Shown here in pieces: positions 1 through 11,152 of a stretch of 64,000 bases of DNA. The position numbers were made by a program, and so were the translations under genes. Source of the stretch: Thermogemmata fonticola (GTDB lineage: Bacteria > Planctomycetota > Planctomycetia > Gemmatales > Gemmataceae); contig NZ_JACEFB010000004.1 in assembly GCF_013694095.1 (NCBI RefSeq), positions 97,638 through 161,637 on the forward strand, read 5' to 3'. Under the pieces are notes generated by a model. The model was not told the DNA's origin and searched no databases. It was given only the letters and a program-made list of their open reading frames with translations. How positions within the stretch are numbered: the stretch's first letter is position 1; each line of letters opens with the position of its first letter.

Positions 1-240
1 TGACGGATGGGTGTCATAGTGGGAGGTATGTCAGGCCGAAGCGGCAGGGGACCGCCTCCTGACCCGGCTTTTCCTGTCGCGGGCCGCTCCCAGGGGGGAA
101 GGGGTTCCTCTGCCTCACGCTGGCCGTGGCTCGGAAGTCTGTCTTCCGCCTCACTTTGGCCCTGGCCTTGAGGTACAATACGCACAAGCGGTGAAGACGC
201 GGGTTTCCGCAACGTGAGGAAAGCGGGATGGTGCGTCCCT

Positions 241-1836
<1,596 letters not shown>

Positions 1837-1878
1837 CCGTCCTGGCACACCCGAAGCCCCAGCGCCTGCGACAGCCCC

Positions 1879-2784
1879 ATGACACCCCCCCGGCCTTCGC
1901 TCGTTCCCCCGCCGCCCTGGCCGACCGAGGATCCCCAGCGGCATTTCGCCCAGGCTGCCGAACGGCTCCTCTTCCAGGCCCGGCTGGAGGTGCTTGGCCA
2001 GCCCTGCCGCCTCGTCGAGATCGAGTTTTACTGGTACAGTGCCAGCCATCCTGATCCCTTCTGCCACCGCCATCCTCTGCAACGGGAGCCGGGCCGGTGG
2101 TACTTTCACCGCATGGGGGAGGCTTACCGCGGCGGCTCCTTCAAAGGTTTGGACATCACCTTCAGCGACGGCCAAGGCTGGGGCGGCATTCTGCTGCGCG
2201 GGCTGCAACTGCCAGATGGCACCATCACCTCCGGTCCATCCCGGCTGGTCGATGCGGTGTTGCGCCTCGCGGGACAGCGGCAGGCAGCCGATTTGGACCG
2301 CCTCTTACAGGGGCGGCATGCCGAAGACGTGACGGCACCGCTCTGCCTGCGCCGAAGCTCCGAGGCGGAGGGCCAGGGGAAGCCAGGCGATGCCTCGATC
2401 CGGGAGATGTATGCGACGGCGCGCGTCGGGCTGACCCTGCGTCGGGAACGGGCCTGTCCTGCCGGGCTGCGCTTCCTGCTCCGCCCCTATCGCTTTCTGA
2501 TTCAGCCCCGCGCCCTCGCCGCCGGCCGGCCCCAGCTCATCCTCGCCCTCTATCTCCAGGGGCACACTCCCGACCGCATCCAGGCGCTCACCGGCACTCC
2601 CGCCGCCGCCATCCGCCGCTACCTCCAGGCCTACCAGCAAGGCCAAAAAGCCCGCCCCACTCCGGCGCAGTTCCAGGCGCTGATCCGCCGGCCCCTCACC
2701 GGCCCGTCCTGGTGCTTCCTCAGCGGACTGCTGGCCCAGCTCGAAGCCTGGCCCGATGCCGCGCTAGCCCGGCTCTTCACCTGA
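1879..2784 (+). CDS. Putative 3-methyladenine DNA glycosylase (AAG/Mpg family) with C-terminal extension
   Basis: Blocks recalled from AAG: 'RLVEIEFY' (cf. 'RIVETEAY'), 'TSGPSRLVDAV' (cf. 'CSGPSKLCQAL') and 'ATARVG'. ATG at 1879. About 100 extra residues at the C-terminus. Confidence 0.45.
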   Translation: MTPPRPSLVPPPPWPTEDPQRHFAQAAERLLFQARLEVLGQPCRLVEIEFYWYSASHPDPFCHRHPLQREPGRWYFHRMGEAYRGGSFKGLDITFSDGQGWGGILLRGLQLPDGTITSGPSRLVDAVLRLAGQRQAADLDRLLQGRHAEDVTAPLCLRRSSEAEGQGKPGDASIREMYATARVGLTLRRERACPAGLRFLLRPYRFLIQPRALAAGRPQLILALYLQGHTPDRIQALTGTPAAAIRRYLQAYQQGQKARPTPAQFQALIRRPLTGPSWCFLSGLLAQLEAWPDAALARLFT

Positions 2785-2928
2785 AGAGCGCGCCCGGCGG
2801 CGGGTGGAGGAGGGAGGAGAGCAAAACAGGCCCAGCCGAAAACCGAGCGGGGAAGCAGAGCGTCAGGGCCGGACCAGCGGATGCTCCCCGGCGGAATGAC
2901 GCCGGCGGAGTGAAAGAAAGGCGGAGCG

Positions 2929-5598
2929 TCAGGGCCGGAACATCGGATGCTGCCGGTCGCCGCGGGACAGCATGTAGGCGAGCAGATCAAGGATTTCCTC
3001 CGGCTTGTAGGTGTCGAGCAGGCCGGCCGGCATCATGGAGATTTTCGAGGGCTTCATGCTCTCGATGTTGTTCCGGTTGACCGCGACGGTGGAACCGGGA
3101 TTGAGCATGTCGGTGTTGACCATGACGACGTCGTTGTTGAGGTTGACGATGCGGCCGACGACGACGCGTTCATCTTTGGTGAGGATTTCGACGGCCTGGT
3201 ACTGGTCGCTGATTTCCTTGCTGGGTTCGAGGATGGATTCGAGGAGGTCGCGAGGGCTGAAGCGTCCGGCGACGCCGGTCAGGTCCGGCCCGACGCTGCC
3301 GCCTTCGTTGTCGAAGCGGTGGCAGGCGAAGCATTTGGCGGTGGCGAAGATGCGGCGGCCGCGGTCAAAGTTGCGGCCCCGTTGCAAACCTTGATCCAGC
3401 AACGGCGTCAGGTCCTCCATCGTCCAGGCTTTGACGAAGGGGCGCGGGGCCTCCTCCGGCAGCTTGATCGTCGCGGGATTGGCCTGGAGGATGTCGGCCA
3501 GGGCTTGCTGTTCCGCCGGCGAGAGCGTGGCCACGGCATCCGCCTTGATCAGCTTGAGGAAGTTCGCAAAGCTGGCCCCGCCCTTGTAATTGGCCGCCTT
3601 GACGAACCAGAGGAAATACTGCCGCCGCAATTCGGGCGTCCAACCGGCCCGCAGCATGCGCAGGGCGCGGACATATTCCAGTTGCTCCTCCTGCGTCGGG
3701 GCTTGGGCCAGCAGCTTCATCGCCTTCGGGGCCGCCGTCTCATCCTGGAGATAGACCAGCACCTGGAGCAGCTCGCCGTCCACGTAGCGATCGCCGGTGG
3801 GGAAGAGCGGCCGGTACTTCTGGAGGTACGCCTCGCGTTCCTGGGCCGTGGGGGGGCCGAAACGGTTGAACAGCACATGATAAACGCGGATCAGGTCCAG
3901 CCGCTGGGCCGTGGTCAGGTCCGACCAGTTGATGCGGGCCAGGGCCTGGAGGATTTTGCCGCGCAGGGCGGGGTCCCCTTTCACCTTTTTCTCCCGCGTA
4001 TGTTCCGGGCAGGGGGCGGAGACGCGAATCAGAGCCAGCAGGGCGTGGGCCGCCTTGACCGGGTCGGTTTCCGCCAGGGCTTTTTCCGCCCAGAGTTTGG
4101 GGTCCTGATGTTCCAGCACCACGCGAGCGGCAAACTGGATGAAGCGGTCCGGGTTATTGAGTTCCTTCCACGCTGCTGTCACCGCGGCCTCTCCGACCGG
4201 GGCATGGTAGCGTTCCAGCTCCAGGCGGGTTTGCCGGGCCGCCGCGGCGCGGGCCTCTTCCGCTCCCGCATTCGCGGAACCCGAATTCGCTCCGGCATTC
4301 GACGAACCGGAACCAGGATTGGACGAACCGGAAGCGGCGTCTCCCACATAGGTCACGCGATACAAGCCGGACTTGGTCCGCCGCCCGCCGATGGTGAAAT
4401 ACATGGCCCCGTCGTGAGGGTTGATCACGACATCGGTCAGGGGCAGGGGAGTACCGGAGATGAACTCTTCCAGCTCGCCGGTGTAGGCGCTTCCCTGGGG
4501 TTTCAGATGGACGGCGTAGAGTTTGCCGTAGCTCCAGTCGCAGATGAAGAGCGCCTCCTGGTACTTGCGGGGGAAGCGGGCCTGATAGCCGAAGCAGACG
4601 CCGGTCGGCGAGCCGGGACCGACGTTGAGCACTGGCGGCAGATTGTCAGGATAGTACGGCGGATACTTCCCCGCGCCGTTGCGCCAGCCGAACTCGCTGC
4701 CGCTGGTGATCAGACAGACACGCGTGGGCCGGTACCAGGGCGTGTTCATGTCCCATTCCATGTCGGCGTCGTAGGTGAACAGGTCGCCGTTTTTGTGATA
4801 GGCCACGTCGTATTGATTGCGGAAGCCGACGCTGAACAACTCCCAGTGTTTGCCATCGGGGGAGACGTGATAGATGGCGCCGCCCGGTCCCAGCACGCCT
4901 TTCATGAAGCCGTTGCCATCGGGCAGGCGGGGCAGCAGATGATCCTCCCCCCAGACCGGCGGGACGCGGGTGGTGTCGTAGCGAGTCAGGCGTGTCTGGT
5001 TGCCGCAGACCACGGTCAGCCGCTTGCCATCAGGGTGAAGGACGACGGCATGGGGGCCGTGCTCTCCGCCGCCCCCCTCGAAGCGCCGCAACAATTCCAC
5101 CTGGTCCAGCGTGTCGTCCTGCCGCGAGGAGGTGACCCGGTACAAGCCGGCGTTGGCAGCGTTGACCACCACATAGAGGGAATCGAAGGCCCACAGCAGT
5201 CCCTGGGCGCTGCCAATGGGCGCCGGGACCTTCTCCACCTTCGTCCCTTCGCTCTGGCCGAGCGGCGGCGGGGTGACCCGATACAGCGGACCGTATTGAT
5301 CCGAAACAATCAGCCGCCCTTTGGGGTCCACGCACAGGCACACCCAGGAGCCTTGCTCATTCTTCGGCACCGAATAGAGCAGCTCGACGCGGAAACCCTT
5401 GGCCACTTTCATCGTCTTGGGATCGGTGGCCGGCGGCTCCGGCCCGGCCTTCTTCTTCGGCGGCTGGGTCCCCTTCTGGGCCGGTTGAACCGCTTTCTGC
5501 GCCGCCTGCCCCTGCCCTACGGCTCGCTCCCCCACCGGCACCCACAGGACTGCCCCGACCAGAACCACCACACCGGCATGAAAACTCCACCGCTTCAT
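2929..5598 (-). CDS. PVC-type heme-binding CxxCH protein (membrane-bound dehydrogenase-like beta-propeller region, HEAT-like repeats, C-terminal cytochrome c)
   Basis: Signal peptide 'MKRWSFHAGVVVLVGAVLW' (ATG verified as 'cat' at 5596-5598). C-terminal 'CFACHRFD...GPDL...M' class-I cytochrome c motif. Architecture typical of Planctomycetes/Verrucomicrobia. Confidence 0.7.
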   Translation of the reverse strand: MKRWSFHAGVVVLVGAVLWVPVGERAVGQGQAAQKAVQPAQKGTQPPKKKAGPEPPATDPKTMKVAKGFRVELLYSVPKNEQGSWVCLCVDPKGRLIVSDQYGPLYRVTPPPLGQSEGTKVEKVPAPIGSAQGLLWAFDSLYVVVNAANAGLYRVTSSRQDDTLDQVELLRRFEGGGGEHGPHAVVLHPDGKRLTVVCGNQTRLTRYDTTRVPPVWGEDHLLPRLPDGNGFMKGVLGPGGAIYHVSPDGKHWELFSVGFRNQYDVAYHKNGDLFTYDADMEWDMNTPWYRPTRVCLITSGSEFGWRNGAGKYPPYYPDNLPPVLNVGPGSPTGVCFGYQARFPRKYQEALFICDWSYGKLYAVHLKPQGSAYTGELEEFISGTPLPLTDVVINPHDGAMYFTIGGRRTKSGLYRVTYVGDAASGSSNPGSGSSNAGANSGSANAGAEEARAAAARQTRLELERYHAPVGEAAVTAAWKELNNPDRFIQFAARVVLEHQDPKLWAEKALAETDPVKAAHALLALIRVSAPCPEHTREKKVKGDPALRGKILQALARINWSDLTTAQRLDLIRVYHVLFNRFGPPTAQEREAYLQKYRPLFPTGDRYVDGELLQVLVYLQDETAAPKAMKLLAQAPTQEEQLEYVRALRMLRAGWTPELRRQYFLWFVKAANYKGGASFANFLKLIKADAVATLSPAEQQALADILQANPATIKLPEEAPRPFVKAWTMEDLTPLLDQGLQRGRNFDRGRRIFATAKCFACHRFDNEGGSVGPDLTGVAGRFSPRDLLESILEPSKEISDQYQAVEILTKDERVVVGRIVNLNNDVVMVNTDMLNPGSTVAVNRNNIESMKPSKISMMPAGLLDTYKPEEILDLLAYMLSRGDRQHPMFRP

Positions 5599-5868
5599 GA
5601 ACACTCTCCCTGAGACGGAAAAGTTGCTGGCACTTGCCTCAATTCGCCCCCGCAACGGGGCGGCACCCCTGGCTGGATCCAACTCTTCCCTGGCAGTATA
5701 AGACCTGCTTCTCCCTCCAGGCTACGGGATAACCGCCCTTGGCCGCCGTTGCCCCAGAAACCAGAGCCATCGGTATTTCCGCAGCATCGGGCCACGCCAT
5801 TAGCCCTGGAGATCAGGCCACGCCCATCAGCCCTGGAGGAAAAGCGCACGGGACGAGGGGGCAGCCCT

Positions 5869-6345
5869 TCAGCTTCCACTTCCTGCTGGCGGAGAAGCGG
5901 GGGAAGGAACGGCTGCGGCAGACTCCGCCGCCGGAGCACAGCGGGCACAGCGGTTGTCGAGACTGATCGGTCCCGGTCCCATGCCGACGATGAGCAAGAG
6001 GCCGCCGAGGATGGCCACATTCTTCAGGAACATGATCATTTGCAATTGCTGTTCCTGACCTTGCAAGGCCCAGAAATTGTGGAAGATCAGCGTGGCGGGG
6101 ATCAGGAAGAGGATGAGCAGGGCGGCCCCAAGGCGGGCGTGGAAGCCGAGGAGCACCGACAGGCCGCCGGCCAGCTCCAGCACGATCGCCCCGACCAGAA
6201 ACAGCGGCACCAGCGGCATCCCCTGGGCTTGCATGTATTGGGCCGTTTGCTCCCAGTTCGTGATCTTGTTGACCCCGCTGAGCAGAAAGATGGCGGACAG
6301 ACCAATGCGCCCCAACAGCGGCGCCCAACAGATGAGGCACTTCAT
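5869..6345 (-). CDS. DoxX family membrane protein
   Basis: Four hydrophobic helices. 'LLGRIGLSAIFLLSGVNKI' DoxX-like N-terminus. ATG verified at 6343-6345 (reverse complement). Confidence 0.6.
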   Translation of the reverse strand: MKCLICWAPLLGRIGLSAIFLLSGVNKITNWEQTAQYMQAQGMPLVPLFLVGAIVLELAGGLSVLLGFHARLGAALLILFLIPATLIFHNFWALQGQEQQLQMIMFLKNVAILGGLLLIVGMGPGPISLDNRCARCAPAAESAAAVPSPASPPAGSGS

Positions 6346-6566
6346 CGCACGTCTCCTCCTGCACGGACATGGGCGAAGGTGACAGAACAAAGGCAGGAAT
6401 CCTGCCTCCCCGGCCATTGTATGCCGCTTTCTGCCCGCCACGTCCGCCGGCCTTCTGACCTCTGAGCGGTCTGCCTCCGGTCCGGAGGGACTCTCCCCGT
6501 CTGCCCTTTTGACAGGGGAATGGAGCGGGGGTTATAGTGGAAGGGGAGTGACTATCCGGAGCAGTC

Positions 6567-6830
6567 ATGGTCTTCCCGGTCGTGGCGGCGGAGGGGAAGG
6601 AACCGTCCGCAGCGGCCAGTGTGAGGTACGAGGCACGAGGGAGGAGGCCAGCGGTGAACCGGAGCATCCGCAAGCAACGGCACGAGGTGGCCCGCAAGCG
6701 GCACCGGCAGCATCTCCACGAACTGGAGCGGGCCTTGGAGCGGCGCAAGCCGTCGCAGACGGCGGCGTGGGTCCTGGGGATCACCCTGACGCTCTTTCTG
6801 GGGTTTGTCATTTTGGTGCTGGTGTGGTAG
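6567..6830 (+). CDS. Small hypothetical protein with basic N-terminus and C-terminal TM helix
   Basis: ORF only. Overlaps the 3' end of the convergent hydrolase gene by about 20 nt. No recognisable family. Confidence 0.2.
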   Translation: MVFPVVAAEGKEPSAAASVRYEARGRRPAVNRSIRKQRHEVARKRHRQHLHELERALERRKPSQTAAWVLGITLTLFLGFVILVLVW

Positions 6831-7801
6831 CGGGTGCGGCGGGGTCAGGCGCCGCGGAGGCGCCGGCGGGCCAGTTCTCCCCTGTCAGACCATCGCCCTG
6901 TTGGGCCAGCCACTGCGCCAGGTCGTCCCACCAGGGGTGGTCCGCCGCCTCGAACTCTAGGGTGTGGTGCGCCTGGGGATACTCGCGGACAGTCAGCGGG
7001 CCGGGCACTGCTGCCAGGAAGGCACGTGTCGCCGCATTGTCGATGATCCGGTCCTGCCCCGCCAGGGCTAAATACACCGGCACCTGGACGTGCTTCCGCG
7101 CCCGGCGCAGATACACATCCAAGGCAAAGCTCTGGAAGAGGAAGCGGGCCGTCGCCTGCTGCAAACCGTAGCGATCCGCGGCGATGTACCGCTGCGCGGC
7201 GGGATCGGCGGTGAACAACTCCGGCTCGTTCAGAGGAATTGGGAAGCGTTTCTCCGGGCGCAGATGGGCGGCCAAGGCGATTCGCAGGCGCTGCATTGCC
7301 GGCGGTTGGACCCGCGGCTTCAGGCCCGGACAGAGAAGCACCACGGCCTGGACCAATCCCGGCTTGCGGTAGGGCAAGGCCAAAGCTAGCTTGCCGCCCC
7401 AGGAGATACCGCCCAGGATCAGGGGCAGCCAGGGCCGGTCCTGCCGCAGGTGCTGGACAAACTCGGCCACGTCGTCGAGCAGACGGCGGAAACTCGGCGC
7501 ATCCCCGCGCCAGGGCGTGTTCCAGCCCGCCCCCCGCCGGTCCAGAAAGTACGTCTCGTACCCGGCTTCGGCCCACCGGCGGCAGGAGCGCTCATACCAG
7601 CCTCCGTGGCTGCGGATGCCGTGGAGCCAGACCAGCCGTCCGCGTGGACGCTCCCCGCTCGCCGGATAGTACCGGTAATAAAATCGATAGCCGTCCGACG
7701 CCCGGAAGGTGCCCACGAGCGCTCCGCTGGCCGCCCCGGCCTCCCCGCCCCGGCCTCCGATTCCCCCGATCAGCGAACCCCACGCCGCCGATGCTGCCAT
7801 T
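6808..7801 (-). CDS. alpha/beta-hydrolase (lysophospholipase / monoacylglycerol-lipase-like)
   Basis: Nucleophile elbow 'GISWGG' (GxSxG) and 'HGIRSHGGWY' oxyanion region. ATG verified at 7799-7801 (reverse complement). Confidence 0.65.
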
Positions 7802-7828
7802 GCGCTGCCGCTCCGACCAGGAGGACCA

Positions 7829-9019
7829 TCACTCACTCTTACGGCCGCAACCGATGAGCATCTCGCGCCGGACAGCCACTACAGCCAGCCGCTGCGGTTC
7901 GATTGTCACCCCCAGACCGCAGCCCGCCAGGGCCGGCGCCCGCCCCCCCCAGCCGATGGTGATGTCCTCCCGGCTCAGCCATTCCCGTACCAGATACCGA
8001 TCGTAGCTGCCCTCCAGATAGCGCAGGCCGCCCACACTCGTCGCAAAATGCCGCCCCGCCGCCGATAGGATTGCCGTCTCCCCCACCTGGCAGCCCAACT
8101 GGCATCCCAGTCCATGCTGCCGGGCCAATTGCACCAGCCGCAGCGAAGGAATGAACCCCCCGCACTTCGACAGCCGGATGTTGAACAGGTCGCACCAACC
8201 GTGGCGAATGGCCAGCTCCGCATCCCGCAGGCTGCAAACCGATTCATCCAGCATGATGGGAATGCGCACCTGCCGCCGCACTTCCGCCAGGCAGGACACC
8301 TCTTCCTGCGCCACCGGCTGCTCCACGCAACTGATGCCGAACGGCTCCAACTCGCGGATACGCTCAATGACTTCCCCCGCCGACCAGGCCTCGTTGGCGT
8401 CCACCCGCAGATCGATCCGCCGCCCCAGATAGCGCCGCAGCACACTCAGCCGCTTGACCTCGTCTTCCCCCTTGATGCCAACCTTCACCTTGACGTGTTC
8501 AAAACCGGTCCAGCGGTACACCAACGGATACAGCCGGCGCTTCCAGCCGCGGGGATTGGCCAGAATGCCGCTATAACGCACCTGGGGGCGGAACTGGTAC
8601 AGCTCCGGTGCGAGGATTTCCGCCACCCGGCTCAGCGGTTCGCCAAAAGCTCGCCCGCAGGCGTCCAGCAGGGCCAGCTCCACCGCACAGCGTGTGGCCT
8701 TGCCGATAATCTGCCGCTCATCCTCCTCCACCGGCGCGATTTGCAAGCGCTCCGCCAGCCGGACCCCCGCCACAAAGTCCGGAATCTCCTCCCCCAGTTG
8801 TTCCTCCAGCGCACTGCGCCGCAGCAGTTCCCAGCACGTGTCGATCGTCTCGCCGGTCACATACTCCCGCGGCACCCCTTCCCCGTAGCCCACGGAACCA
8901 TCGGAGAGAATGCAGCGGACCACCAGGTTCTCCGTCTCGCTGCGGCTGTGTGAAGCGTGTGTCACCCGGCGCTTCAAGGGAATCCGCACCTGCAACGCTT
9001 CCAGTTCCACCACGCGCAT
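7829..9019 (-). CDS. Enolase-superfamily enzyme (mandelate racemase / muconate lactonizing / dipeptide epimerase-like)
   Basis: 'KVKVG', 'RVDANEAWS' and 'CVEQPV' metal-ligand/catalytic motif spacing typical of MR/MLE. ATG verified at 9017-9019 (reverse complement). Confidence 0.7.
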   Translation of the reverse strand: MRVVELEALQVRIPLKRRVTHASHSRSETENLVVRCILSDGSVGYGEGVPREYVTGETIDTCWELLRRSALEEQLGEEIPDFVAGVRLAERLQIAPVEEDERQIIGKATRCAVELALLDACGRAFGEPLSRVAEILAPELYQFRPQVRYSGILANPRGWKRRLYPLVYRWTGFEHVKVKVGIKGEDEVKRLSVLRRYLGRRIDLRVDANEAWSAGEVIERIRELEPFGISCVEQPVAQEEVSCLAEVRRQVRIPIMLDESVCSLRDAELAIRHGWCDLFNIRLSKCGGFIPSLRLVQLARQHGLGCQLGCQVGETAILSAAGRHFATSVGGLRYLEGSYDRYLVREWLSREDITIGWGGRAPALAGCGLGVTIEPQRLAVVAVRREMLIGCGRKSE

Positions 9020-9061
9020 GAGTCTGATCTCACTTTCCGCTGGCAAGGGGAAGGAGGCCGA

Positions 9062-10930
9062 TCAGCCCACACGGCCGCCGAGCAGCCCCAAAGCATTCTG
9101 GCACAGCCACAAACCCAGGCCGACCAAAAGCGCCGCACTGAACGTCGGCAGCATCCGGAACCACCGGCTCTCGGAGAAACGATGCTGCCCGGCCCGCAGA
9201 GCATACACTACCGCCACACCCAAACCCACCAGCACCGCCCCCAATCCCAGACTGAAAGCCAGCAACAGCGGAATCGCCGCATCCAGCCGTCCCAGCGCCG
9301 ACGCCGCCACCAGCAACAGCACGGCGTCCCAGCACGGCACCAGTCCGCCCCCCAAACCCATCAACACCACGCGCAGCCAGCCGATCGTCCCCTCATCCTT
9401 CTTCGCCGTCGAGGACGGTGGACCTGCCTGCGGACGGCGGCTTCCCTCCGGTGAAGCAAATGCGGGCGCATCGGAGAACGGTGAGGAACCAGGAAGCGGA
9501 GAGGAACCAGAGGGAGGCGAACTTGGGCCGGTTGAATGCGGCTCATCACGGGCAGGGGTGGAAGGATGCCCCTGGGCAGGCGAGTCTTCCGGCGCCTCGC
9601 TCGGCGACTGATCCCGGCCAGAAGCATGGACCCGCTCATGGACCTGAGAAGCGGACTGAGCATGGGCCGGAGGGGGGGAAAGAGGAGAGGAAAGAGAGTG
9701 CGAGTGGTGGTGATGGTCGTGATGATGATGGCCCTGGTGATGGTGATGATGGTGGTGATGGTGATGGCCGCCGAAGAGGTGGAAGTGATCGGCTTGACCG
9801 GCGAGGCGGCGCGAGAGAAGCCACAGGCCCACCCCCACCACGAGAAGCCCAGCGGCCAATTGCAATAGGCCGTGGGCCAGAGCCGGGATTTGCGTCCCGT
9901 AGATCAGCCACAGAACAATCGCCACCAGGAACACCGAGCCGGTGTGGGCGATCGTGGTAGCCAAAGCCAGCAGGCAAGCGTGGCGGACCGTCCCCCGTTC
10001 GCCGATGAGATAGGCCGCCACCAGGGTTTTGCCGTGGCCGGGCGTGAAGGCATGCGCCGCTCCGAAGAGAAACGCCGCCAACAGCAAAATACCCCAACCG
10101 AGGTGCGAATCGAACAGGGCAAGCAGCCCCCGTTCGTGCAAGTCCGCCCAGAGACTGGAAGACGGACCCTCCGGCAGCGGCTCCGTGGAAAGCTCGGATG
10201 GCCCTAGCTCTGGTACAGCGGAGGAAGGCCCCGCGGAAGGCGGTGCCGGCCGCTCCGCCGGCAGGAGCACCTCCGCCCGCGCGCGCCGCGCCTGGAGCGC
10301 CTCCTCTGCGGACAACTGCTCGATCGGCCGGGAACGCAACCGCAGCGGCGGTTCCTCCAGGTCCACAATCTCCACCTCCCCTTCCGTCCCGCGGGCCGCC
10401 ACCGTCAGATGCACCAGGCCGGGATACTCCTCAAATGTCCGGTCCTCGATCTCCACGAGGCGTTGCCGCCCTCCGTTCGGCCAGCGGCCCCGCAGCAGGT
10501 ACCGGCATGTCGGGTGATCGCTCAGCGTCACGTCCCAGTGGATCAACTCCAGTGCCAACGGCTGGCCATCCACCCGGACCTGCAACCGCCCCTGCACTTC
10601 CTCCACGGCCTTCCGGGCGTAGGCCGTGGCATAGCCGCGCCAGGTCCGCTCCATGCGGGCGATTTCCTCCGGTGCCAGCCGCCGGGCCGCGTCCAGATGC
10701 ATCCCAAGCACGCTGACATCCAGCGTGTACGTGACGTCCACCCCCGCCGCCGATAAGCGCACGGCAATCGTGCGGTCAAAACGGACCTCCGCCAGGGGAT
10801 GGGCCGACACCGGGGGAACCGACCCCATCCCCCCTGAGGCCAACTCCCATACCCCCGCCAGCAGGAGCAGCCCCAGGAACCGCCCGAACGGGAGGCCGCG
10901 CCGTCCTCGAAGAACGCTATCCCATCGCAT
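9062..10930 (-). CDS. RcnA-family Ni2+/Co2+ efflux permease with fused N-terminal periplasmic domain and poly-His loop
   Basis: 'FTPGHGKTLVAAYLI' and 'GGLVPCWDAVLLL' match RcnA signature blocks. Cytoplasmic loop 'HHHHHHHHHHQGHHHHDHHHH'. About 300-aa N-terminal signal peptide plus soluble domain. ATG verified at 10928-10930 (reverse complement). Confidence 0.65.
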   Translation of the reverse strand: MRWDSVLRGRRGLPFGRFLGLLLLAGVWELASGGMGSVPPVSAHPLAEVRFDRTIAVRLSAAGVDVTYTLDVSVLGMHLDAARRLAPEEIARMERTWRGYATAYARKAVEEVQGRLQVRVDGQPLALELIHWDVTLSDHPTCRYLLRGRWPNGGRQRLVEIEDRTFEEYPGLVHLTVAARGTEGEVEIVDLEEPPLRLRSRPIEQLSAEEALQARRARAEVLLPAERPAPPSAGPSSAVPELGPSELSTEPLPEGPSSSLWADLHERGLLALFDSHLGWGILLLAAFLFGAAHAFTPGHGKTLVAAYLIGERGTVRHACLLALATTIAHTGSVFLVAIVLWLIYGTQIPALAHGLLQLAAGLLVVGVGLWLLSRRLAGQADHFHLFGGHHHHHHHHHHQGHHHHDHHHHSHSLSSPLSPPPAHAQSASQVHERVHASGRDQSPSEAPEDSPAQGHPSTPARDEPHSTGPSSPPSGSSPLPGSSPFSDAPAFASPEGSRRPQAGPPSSTAKKDEGTIGWLRVVLMGLGGGLVPCWDAVLLLVAASALGRLDAAIPLLLAFSLGLGAVLVGLGVAVVYALRAGQHRFSESRWFRMLPTFSAALLVGLGLWLCQNALGLLGGRVG

Positions 10931-11152
10931 ACTGCTATCAAACAGGAAACGCCCCCTGCCTGCAATGGGGGGCGTCCTGTTCGGCAGCTTGCGGAGCCTG
11001 CACCGCTTATCCTGAGATAAGGATGGCCCTGCGGAGGGATTATCTTGAGGAAGGAAACCGCCGCCTCTCCCCACCGGACTCGCTCGCGGCCCGAAATCCG
11101 AGACCGACAAGTGACGGACGGCCAGCGGTCAGTTCCAGGGAGGCCTTTCGCC

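Noticed and set aside
4255-4345. Imperfect 'ccggaa/gaaccgga' tandem repeats inside the PVC cytochrome gene
   Set aside because: They encode an in-frame Ser/Gly/Asn/Ala linker ('SSNPGSGSSNAGANSGSANAGA'). This is a low-complexity protein linker, not a mobile or regulatory repeat.
2947-5613. 888-aa ORF on the + strand, antisense to the PVC cytochrome gene. Similar long antisense ORFs: 53401-55053 (-), 58319-60187 (-), 11045-12352 (+), 8114-8953 (+), 22209-22889 (-), 35713-36318 (+).
   Set aside because: In about 68% GC DNA the antisense frames of real genes are routinely stop-free. The translations are Arg/Gly/Pro/Ala low-complexity with no motifs, while the sense strand carries clear family signatures.
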